Source: Nemertoderma westbladi
Taxonomy: Eukaryota > Animalia > Xenacoelomorpha
Direction: 5' to 3'
DNA length: 47,259 nt
Assembly: GCA_032718475.1 (NCBI GenBank)
Contig: JAUCBJ010004633.1
Coordinates: 1-47,259, forward strand
Under the pieces are notes generated by a model. It saw only the letters and a program-made list of their open reading frames with translations, ran no database searches and was not told where the DNA came from. Shown in pieces: positions 37,626 through 47,259 of this stretch. Numbering within the stretch: position 1 is the stretch's first letter; every line of letters begins with the position of its first letter. The position numbers and the translations under genes are program-made.

Positions 37626-39160
37626 AGTTATTATTTTACCGTATAGTGGTTGTTGGTATTGATGGAAAGCTGGCCGCGCAATAAGGGCTCCAAATATGTA
37701 ACAAGCGCGAATTCGCGCAAAGGCGCGCGTCTTCTAACGCGTAAAAATGGAACTGTCTCGTGGAATGGCTTACTACCAATCTTACTACCCATTAATCAGC
37801 GGAAAATGGGATTGAACTCGGTACTAGTAGTCGAGTAGACGCTTGGTACATTTTACTGACGAACCGTTCTCCAGCGTATGACTCCAATTTTATTTGCTCA
37901 TTATGTTGTTCCACATTATAATAATAAATTTTCGCTATAAAGACTTTGGGAAAGGTTGAGCAATTTCTTTTATTGCCGTTTCTTTGGAGGGTAAAATCAT
38001 AACAAAATTACCAAAAAAATTTTAATCTATGTACAGAACGTGTTAGCAACTACATTAAACATTCTAGAATATTATGTTATTATGATTGAAAACATTTCAG
38101 TAATAAGTTACACTTAGGCAATGAAAATGACCTTAAAGAGAGTTGGAGGCGACGAGTGTTTTGACTAAAATAATTAAAAAATATTGTGATTAATAGTGAC
38201 ATTTAGGTTTGAGAAAGATTGCCTTATCTGGATCCACCGCCTTATGTAAGGCGATAGATCCAAGAAAATCCAAAAGTTGGAAACGCTAGAAAAATGCAGC
38301 GATAGCAATATGAGAAAGGACTTTTGCCATTTGCGAAACAAGATTGCCACGATACGAAGAATTAGCTGGAAATTTGAAGATTCCGTTGGATTTGGGAGAT
38401 GGTGAGCTTGAAGACCTAACTATTTTGGGAACCCGATTCTATCGAAGTTGTTACGTCAATTTTAAAGGTAATATACTTAATGTACACCACCATTTAATAT
38501 GTAGAATATTGTATAATACTTATATTTAAAAAGATTTGTATTTTCGCTTTACAATTGTTGTTGGAAAATAATTTTAAAACGTCTCCATCACCACGGCCCT
38601 ATCAAGCATTATTGATCATTTTATAATACTTTTTATGTAGCGCCAGTCCGCGCAGCACTATTGCGCTACCTACCCTATTGGGATTGACTGTAGGCCATGC
38701 CTGGCCAACCGGTACTAATTTTCTGCATGTATATAACACTTTTACCGATCCCGTCATATACTGGGATTCTTACCTACCGATACCGGTACACGGTACCTCA
38801 GTACCTACCGTTGTACATTATTGCTGTATCTTGTGTTATTGCCACTTTTAGTACCATATATGTAGCTTCTCTGTTATTATATTATCATATACTGATACAT
38901 ACTGTATATCATTCTTAGCTTCCTTCCACATTGGCGTAGCTATTTTTAATTTTTGATACATATAAATGTTCTGGAACATATTGCCTTTACCCAACATGTA
39001 TACAATATTTTTGTATTTTTTTAAAATGTTTCAGATTTTATTTATTTATTTTAAAATATGGCAGATTTATTTAAAATATGGCAGATGTGGCAGCTTTATT
39101 TGTTTACAACATAGGCCTATTTAAAAAAAAGTGATTAAAACGCAACATAAAAAGAGCAAC

Positions 39161-40300
39161 ATTCTCTATGTGAGGCCTAATCCTATATAGAATCATTTTA
39201 CTGTATATTTTGGCAGCTACCACAAGCAGACAGATCCCACGATAGTTTGTTGGTATACCGAGGTCTCCTTTCTTAGGGAGATGCTTTAGTTGACCTTTAG
39301 TCCAAATTCTTCATTTTATCCGAGTTCGCTCGACCTAGTACTGTAGTAGTAGTAGTAGTCCAAATTGGTGGTGGCTTTTCCCCTTTTAACATCCGGTTGC
39401 AAACATCCAAAAATGGTCTGTTTAGCACTCATGTTTTCCATACCTCTTCAGGGATTTCACCTAATCCACTCGCTTTATAATTGGACATGCTTTTAATACT
39501 TCTTTGGAGTTCGGCAGGTGCCAAGTTGTTTAGCTTTCTCAACCTTGTTGATGTTTTCGGCTGTTGGTTGTTCAGTTTTTACTTTGGAGTATCTTAACAT
39601 CTTCTCTCTTGCGATTTTGACTTTCTACCTTGTAAGCTTCCATTACTGCATTATCAGTTCTAAATTTCTCCCAGTCATAGTTGATTCGCTTGCCTGTCCT
39701 GAGTTTTCTGGCACTCAAACTGAGTCTGATCTCTGCAGTCTGGTCCGAACCAATTAGGTTGAACGAGCTGTACTGTATGCCTCGCAGTTAAATGTCCATC
39801 CTTACTCTTTTCGAATTGGTGTTTGTAGGTATCAACGACTTTATAAGCCCTTTCAAATCTTCTAGTCCTTGACTGCTTGTTCTGTCTCTGATGCATTATT
39901 GGTTGGATTGTAGCAACACATTGCTGTTGTCTTGTGATTCCCACCAAAAATGTTGTAATTATATTAGTTTATGATCCTGGAATTTTTCTATTCGATAGGG
40001 TTTAGTGTCAGAAGTGCAAATGGACTTAGGAGAATTCATACTCCACCAATTGAAACTTTGACCGAATTGCTTTCTGCTGAACTTACAGACTGGAAGTGGA
40101 TGGACGTTATAAACGTCCATTTCAAATGTCATTCATTATACTTGATGGCAATGTCTCATGACTAATCTGATATTCTTGAATACAGATGATGTCGATGTAA
40201 TATTCCATTGCCAGGGCTGCAATAATGTTTGCTAAGCAGTTTTAGAGTGCGTGCGTTCATTGTAGCAATATTTAGTGTCTTTCTAAGTTTCAACAGGTTG
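39161..40300 (-). mobile_element. Decayed RTE-type non-LTR retrotransposon (APE endonuclease plus start of RT), internally deleted
   Basis: Across frames: NIATMNARTL; IDIICIQE; SIGGV*ILLSP; GN.KTTAMCCYNPTN; YSSFNLIGSD..IRLSL; KASGLGEIPEEVWK; PKKGDLGIPTNYRGICLLVVAAKIYSKMILYRIRP. Multiple stops and frameshifts. Confidence 0.9.
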
Positions 40301-42068
40301 GTTCTCATTCTGCTCGACCTTATTTCATTCACTGGGGTCGATAAAATGAGTACCTGTTGAATTACTGGGAACAAACCTTCGGATACGAGTAGCACCAGTC
40401 ATTCCTTCGGGTAGCAGCTACTGAAGAGGGAGACATAAGCATGTTACAGTGGCACGTTATTCTAACCAAAATAATAAACGAAAGTCAATAGAACAGGATA
40501 CAGTTTTATTTTTGGGAGTAACCAGCTGTTATTTGCGTCGATTTTTCACTGGATAGAGATGAATTTTGATTGCGACTAAAGGCCCTCCCTATCTTCGAAG
40601 AGATGTCTTCAGTCCGACTGTTTGATTGGCTTTTTTTACTATTGTATAATGCAGATATTGGTATATTATTCGAATTCCTAGAACTTTTAATTCCTGCAAA
40701 GCTAACCTAGCATTGCGAATTATCTTGCACAAAATATAATGAAAGTATTATTTATTTCATATGTGAAATTTAGAATTAAAGGAAACTGCAGCAGTCAAGA
40801 ATGAATATAAGAAGAGCGGGCTCGCAAGTATTATTCTGGAGAGCGGCTGTAGATAATATGCAGCCGGCAGCAGCCACTATAAACCTACAAATAGCCTACA
40901 AACTTTGGTTGGATGTGGGAGCAATTTGTAAATTGGGCTTTCAATTTTTATTGCAAGGGTGCGAACAAGGACTGTGATAACGTGTAAATAAATATATTAT
41001 CAAACATTACTACAAGTAATTACTGCAAATGCAGAAGTTGTTTCATCGACATTCCTTCACCTTTCATTTCACGGTCCACTGGTAATACCGGACATCACCT
41101 TACAGAAATAACATCTCAGTTTGGGTAACCACTGCTACTTCGATAAGGATAAACCTGTGCCATTCTGTCCATAAATGCGTCGGCCACAAAGTCCACAATC
41201 GAATTAACATACTTCCGCCAGTTCTTGATGATACATGTCTAGAGAGAGTTAGGGTGCTGACAGCATGTATTCCAGACAGACAGGCATGTCGGTGCATTAC
41301 TTGGCCACAGTGATGAGCTCCAAATTGCACATCGAGCCTTGTATGTATTACAAGTTCACTACCAGTAACAGTGTTTGCCATAACATTGCAATGTTACAAA
41401 ATTTGTAACTCATAACTGCAAACATAATCCTTATTCCTTACATTTTTATTATCTCGAGCTTGGTTTCTCCTTATTTATGATTGACCATTGTCTAAATAGA
41501 TAAATATACCCCTGCGTGTTAATTCATTATTGTTGCTATGTAAAACATCTGTCGTTAAGATAAATAGTGTTCTAGAAAAAATTGCTCAATGCGGACTGTG
41601 TGAAATATAACATAATTTCAAATGGTTTATACAAGTTAACACTTTCAGCAAAAAAAACTGCAGTCATACCCAATTTGAACGGTGGTCGCCACTGTCTACT
41701 TGACTATAGAGATTCCAAGGCTATTTTAATAAATGCATCATATTCTGGAACATTTTGTTTATCCCATATATAGCTGGGTAACATTGCAATACCTACAGTA
41801 TTAATCATAAACTATTTAATCAACTAAACGTAGCTATTCATAAATAAACAAAATCTTCCAGAATTATTATGATGTATTTATTAAATTGAATAAAATAGCT
41901 TCGCGCCTGCAAAACCAGGCAACATTCGAATGCCCATATCTCCGCTATTACCCAACCAAATTCAAATATTTTTACATTGAATCCTTGAACGGCCAACTTT
42001 CTAATTTGTAGTACCAACAAATTAGCATAAGGGTGAGAGTAACGGGTGTTACATGTGCAATCTCGACG

Positions 42069-43194
42069 GAGACACCTTTTTCAAACGCTTGTTTAGCTAA
42101 AGAATGAAAGCGAAAATAAAAATTCTAGCTCACCCAGCAAGGAGGAGGGAGATGAAACTATCTCTGTTTAAAATTGCATGCAATCGCATTAAGATTTGTA
42201 AAAAAAAATTGAGGGGGGGGGGGCAGGTACCTGAATAACGACACTATATTCCAGGACATGGTGTATGTACATCATGGAATAGGGAAGGAGTCTTACTTTA
42301 ATGTTAAACCTAGCCCGTATTCTGGCCCGAGGGAAGGATTGGGCAGATCGGAAACTTAAAAGAAAAAACATATATACGGCTACTACGCCCCACCATAAAC
42401 ACACAGTATCCTCAACCCTATGATAAAGGGTGGTAATATTATATATTTATTATATATTATATTTGGCTTTTTCTCTATTCTGCACTTCTGTATTTACAAT
42501 AGACCTATTTATATATAGTCAGGCAGTTTGGGTTTGAATAAAAGCCTGTGGCCGAAATATAACCTTATACCACAATAAATTTTTCACGTCACTGCACGGT
42601 CAGCTTTACCCTTTGTATACAATAAAACCTGGTTTGTGGTCTTTCTCCCATTTTGCAGGAAGACAGACGTCTGTGGTACCTGCAACACTGTTCTTTATGC
42701 CCCTGGTTATATACCATCAATGGTGAGAAAAAGAGCCCAGTTTGGGTTCCCATTAAGGAGCATATACTCTACTGCTGCCCACAAAAATCTGATTCCAGTT
42801 TGATTCCAGGTGATTTCCATTCAGACCTTTCCTTAACTTTTATTCGTAGGTTTTCCGCATAATCTCAGCATCCAGAATACTGTAAGGTAACAGAAATAAT
42901 ACATAATTAATATATGACTAACTAGGCTACGGCTACCGGAACCGAACGTACAGTATAAAACTGAAAGTCGATCAGCTGCTGGGTGGAATCCTACCTCCTC
43001 TCGACTGCGCCATCTCCCAGAATAATATAGTGTCTTATTCAGGTACCTGGAAGCTCCCCCCCCCCTCCATAATTGTCCTACAAATCCTAATGAGGGTTGC
43101 ATGAAATGTGAAACGAGATAGTTTCACCTCCATCCTTCGTACTGATGGGTCAGTCAAAATTTTTATTTTATCTTTTTTTGAAAAATGTGTCCCC
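42069..43194. mobile_element. DNA-transposon/MITE-like element defined by ~100-bp inverted arms (42069-42185 / 43095-43194)
   Basis: GACAC.TTTTTCAAA..AAAATAAAAATT..T.ACCCA.CA..GA.TGAAACTATCTC.GTTT..CATGCAA on opposite strands. Confidence 0.65.
42270..42660 (+). mobile_element. Penelope-like element 3' fragment: GIY-YIG endonuclease C-terminus plus pLTR-like tail
   Basis: 42313 ARILARGKDWADRKLK, +1 frameshift at 42361, EKTYIRLLRPTINTQY; fits the PLE pattern ILxxExxWxxRxxKExxYIxxxxPxLN. Hammerhead-like GGTT-TGAATAAAA-GCC-TGT-GGC-CGAAA-TAT-AACC at ~42531-42564. Confidence 0.65.
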
Positions 43195-43259
43195 GACGAT
43201 GTTTCACCTACAGTACCGTGATAGAGTTATACTGTACCACGGAGTAGGAAAGCCCTGGC

Positions 43260-46200
43260 TTTCCAGAACTACTGTATATTATATTCCCCAGAGATAACTG
43301 GTAGGCCTAATACTCATTTAACAATCATTTAAGGATCAAAGCAAAATATGCGCCCTGGCTAGTCCCTTTAATGTCGAAACAAAAACTACCATTGTCCTCA
43401 TAACGGATGGATCCCACCAACCTACAAACAAAACAACTATCATTGTCATCCTCATAACGGATGGATCCCACCAACCTCCAAACAAAAACTATCATTGTCC
43501 TCCTCATAACGGATGGATCCCACCAACCTCCAAACAAAAAATACCCTTGTCCTCATAACGGATGGATCCCACCAACCTCCAAACAAAAAATACCCTTGTC
43601 CTCATAACGGATGGATCCCACCAACCTCCAAACAAAACAACTATCATTGTCATCCTCATAACGGATGGATCCCACTAACCTCCAAACAAAAAATACCCTT
43701 GTCCTCATAACGGATGGATCCCACCAACCTCCAAACAAAAACTATCATTGTCCTCCTCATAACGGATGGATCCCACCAACCTCCAAACAAAAACTATCAT
43801 TGTCCTCCTCATAACGGATGGATCCCACCAACCTCCAAACAAAAACTATCATTGTCCTCCTCATAACGGATGGATCCCACCAACCTCCAAACAAAAAATA
43901 CCCTTGTTCTCATAACGGATGGATCCCACCAACCTCCAAACAAAAACTATCATTGTCCTCCTCATAACGGATGGATCCCACCAACCTCCAAACAAAAAAT
44001 ACCCTTGTCCTCATAACGGATGGATCCCACCAACCTCCAAACTAAAAATACCCTTGTCCTCATAACGGATGGATCCCACCAACCTCCAAACTAAAAATAC
44101 CCTTGTCCTCATAACGGATGGATCCCACCAACCTACAAACAAAAACTATCCTTGTCATCCTCATAACGGATGGATCCCACCAACCTCCAAACATAAACTA
44201 TCATTGTCCTCCTCATAACGGATGGATCCCACCAACCTCCAAACAAAAACTATCATTGTCCTCCTCATAACGGATGGATCCCACCAACCTCCAAACTAAA
44301 AATACCCTTGTCCTCATAACGGATGGATCCCACCAACCTACAAACAAAAACTATCCTTGTCATCCTCATAACGGATGGATCCCACCAACCTCCAAACATA
44401 AACTATCATTGCCCTCCTCATAACGGATGGATCCCACCAACCTACAAACAAAAAAAACTATCATTGTCCTCATAACGGATGGATCCCACCAACCTCCAAA
44501 CAAAAACTATCATTGTCCTCCTCATAACGGATGGATCCCACCAACCTCCAAACAAAAAATACCCTTGTCCTCATAACGGATGGATCCCACCAACCTCCAA
44601 ACTAAAAATACCCTTGTCCTCATAACGGATGGATCCCACCAACCTCCAAACTAAAAATACCCTTGTCCTCATAACGGATGGATCCCACCAACCTCCAAAC
44701 ATAAACTATCATTGTCCTCCTCATAACGGATGGATCCCACCAACCTCCAAACAAAAACTATCATTGTCCTCCTCATAACGGATGGATCCCACCAACCTCC
44801 AAACTAAAAATACCCTTGTCCTCATAACGGATGGATCCCACCAACCTACAAACAAAAACTATCCTTGTCATCCTCATAACGGATGGATCCCACCAACCTC
44901 CAAACATAAACTATCATTGCCCTCCTCATAACGGATGGATCCCACCAACCTACAAACAAAAAAAACTATCATTGTCCTCATAACGGATGGATCCCACCAA
45001 CCTCCAAACAAAAACTATCATTGTCCTCCTCATAACGGATGGATCCCACCAACCTCCAAACAAAAACTATCATTGTCCTCCTCATAACGGATGGATCCCA
45101 CCAACCTCCAAACTAAAAATACCCTTGTCCTCATAACGGATGGATCCCACCAACCTACAAACAAAAACTATCCTTGTCATCCTCATAACGGATGGATCCC
45201 ACCAACCTCCAAACATAAACTATCATTGTCCTCCTCATAACGGATGGATCCCACCAACCTACAAACAAAAAAAACTATCATTGTCCTCATAACGGATGGA
45301 TCCCACCAACCTACAAACAAAAACTATCATTGTCCTCCTCATAACGGATGGATCCCACCAACCTCCAAACATAAACTATCATTGTCCTCCTCATAACGGA
45401 TGGATCCCACCAACCTACAAACAAAAAAAACTATCATTGTCCTCATAACGGATGGATCCCACCAACCTACAAACAAAAACTATCATTGTCCTCCTCATAA
45501 CGGATGGATCCCACCAACCTACAAACAAAAACTATCATTGTCCTCCTCATAACGGATGGATCCCACCAACCTACAAACAAAAAAAAATACCCTTGTCCTC
45601 ATAACGGATGGATCCCACCAACCTCCAAACAAAAAAAACTATCATTGTCCTCCTCATAACGGATGGATCCCACCAACCTCCAAACAAAAAATACCCTTGT
45701 TCTCATAACGGATGGATCCCACCAACCTCCAAACAAAAACTATCATTGTCCTCCTCATAACGGATGGATCCCACCAACCTCCAAACAAAAAATACCCTTG
45801 TCCCCATAACGGATGGATCCCACCAACCTACAAACAAAAACTATCCTTGTCATCCTCATAACGGATGGATCCCACCAACCTCCAAACAAAAACTATCATT
45901 GTCCACCTCATAACGGATGGATCCCGCCAACCTACAAACAAAAAATACCCTTGTCCTCATAACGGATGGATCCCACCAACCTACAAACATAAACTATCCT
46001 TGTCATCCTCATAACGGATGGATCCCACCAACCTCCAAACAAAAAATACCCTTGTCCTCATAACGGATGGATCCCACCAACCTACAAACAAAAACTACCC
46101 TTGTCCTCATAACGGATGGATCCCACCAACCTCCAAACAAAAAGTATCATTGTCCTCCTCATAACGGATGGATCCCACCAACCTCCAAACAAAAACTATC

Positions 46201-46290
46201 ATTGTCCTCCTCATAACGGATGGATCCCACCAACCTCCAGAGAGATGTGAATTCATGGCAATTGATTTAACCGCCACACAAGTGGGGCTT
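43260..46290 (-). mobile_element. Diverged copy of the 19184-19420 SINE, split by an internal minisatellite
   Basis: Right flank CCTCCAGAGAGATGTGAATTCA matches 19375 CCTCTAGAGAGATGTGAATTCA. Left flank TATATTCCCCAGAGATAACTG..ACTCATTT..CATTTAAGGAT matches 19269 TATACTCCCCAGAGGAAACTGACACTCATTT..CATTTGAGGAT. Confidence 0.8.
43377..46239. repeat. 49-55-bp minisatellite, ~56 copies, one GGATCC per unit
   Basis: Constant core CTCATAACGGATGGATCCCACCAACCT(C/A)CAAAC with linker variants AAAAACTATCATTGTC(CTC) or AAAAAATACCCTTGTC. Confidence 0.98.
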
Positions 46291-46689
46291 AAAATACCAT
46301 AATATTAAAAAAATATATTTTACAGTATTATAGCGCGAATCTAAACAAATACAGTAGGGTGAGTGAGGGAGATTTGAACCCCAAAAGTTATAATCGGTCT
46401 AAGAACAGATAAATAAATTTTTCAATGCCGTTTTAACTTTTTCACTTTACGTTTATGATTGCTATCATTATGTGAGAGTTTGAGAATTTCAACTCTTAAA
46501 CTTTTTTAATTAAACCAATTATTCGTATTTTCGAAAATGCGTCTCCCTCAATGGGGGGAGACTTGACACCTAGGGTGGTAGACTTGGACCCCACCTCGCA
46601 TACTTGTAAATTCGTTCAAAAATGCAGAAGAAGTGTAATAATGACATGTTCAACATACGGTGGTGATTTCCGGCCATTTACTACTTTAT

Positions 46690-46890
46690 CGAGTATTTTT
46701 TTCCTTTTTTTTTCGAAAGTACTGTAAGTATTTTTTTCATTTTTTTCAAAAGTAAGTATTTTTTTCATTTTTTTGAAAGTACTTTTTTCATTTTTTTCAA
46801 AAGTAAGTATTTATTTCATTTTTTTGAAAGTATTTTTTTTCATTTTTTTCAAGAGTAAGTAATTTTTCTTTTTTTTCGAAAGTATCTGTT
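46690..46890. repeat. Degenerate AT-rich ~24-28-bp tandem repeat (AAAGTAAGTATTTTTTTCATTTTTTTC-like)
   Basis: About 7 visible iterations of AAAGTA..T-run CA T-run. Confidence 0.75.
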
Positions 46891-47119
46891 TCATTCTTTA
46901 TGTAGAGATTTCAGGTTTTCCGTTTCATTTCCTATTCATATGCACTAGTGTAATGTGGTAATGTAGGCCTACAGTACTGCGTGGGACTAGGCCCTTTTCA
47001 CGGTGCCAGTGCTGTGTTTCGGTCTGGTAGTCTGATAGTACAGTAGTAGGCATAATTGTTATGTTTACGCCCCTGTCTGCTTGTCTGCCTGTGATAACGA
47101 ATAGGTCGTCCCTGAAAAA

Positions 47120-47259
47120 ACTCCAGTGCTCCGATGGACTCTCGAGTTGCGGACTCAGGTGCTCCGATGATGGGCTCTCGATCTGCGCACTCAGGTGCTC
47201 CGATGGATTCACGAGTTGCGGACTCTGGTTCTCCGATGGACTCTGGAGTTGCAGACTCA
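47120..47259. repeat. 33/36-bp GC-rich tandem repeat running off the right edge
   Basis: GTGCTCCGATGGACTCTCGAGTTGCGGACTCAG, ~4 copies visible. Confidence 0.85.

Noticed and set aside
41104-41238. Possible isolated minus-strand exon (CTAACTCTCTCTAG acceptor, GTAAGG donor)
   Set aside because: No recognisable protein motif and no partner exons identified.
43377-46239. CRISPR-like array (constant ~35-bp core ending in AAAC with variable linkers)
   Set aside because: Linkers are short and fall into a few recurring variants rather than unique spacers. There are no cas genes, the context is eukaryotic, and the unit is SINE-derived.

Overview
AT-rich, intron-containing metazoan (probably invertebrate) genomic DNA; not prokaryotic, no CRISPR. 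Two divergently oriented spliced genes are present. (1) A complete casein kinase 1 alpha gene on +, with 7 coding exons (14507..35442, 356 aa). (2) The first four coding exons of an ecdysteroid-kinase-like (EcKL/DUF227, APH/choline-kinase fold) gene on - (8363..5000), whose remainder probably lies left of the window. About 20 kb is tandem repeat: a 20-bp satellite (1-4035), a GTTA-based microsatellite (21411-23906), a 58-bp minisatellite (24918-35393) and a ~50-bp minisatellite (43377-46239). The origin of three arrays can be read from the sequence. The 58-bp unit is the last 46 nt of CK1a coding exon 6 plus its 5' splice site, amplified roughly 185 times. The GTTA array starts exactly at the exon-5 donor. 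The ~50-bp array grew inside the B-box region of a tRNA-derived SINE. Also present: decayed RTE-type LINE and Penelope-like fragments (with hammerhead-like motifs), SINEs, several MITE-like inverted repeats, and a strong excess of TA-flanked micro-motifs (TAGGCCTA, TACCGGTA, TACAGTA/TACTGTA) that resemble transposon excision footprints. The three ~3500-aa minus-strand ORFs are repeat artefacts. All calls were made by eye; coordinates of repeat edges are approximate.
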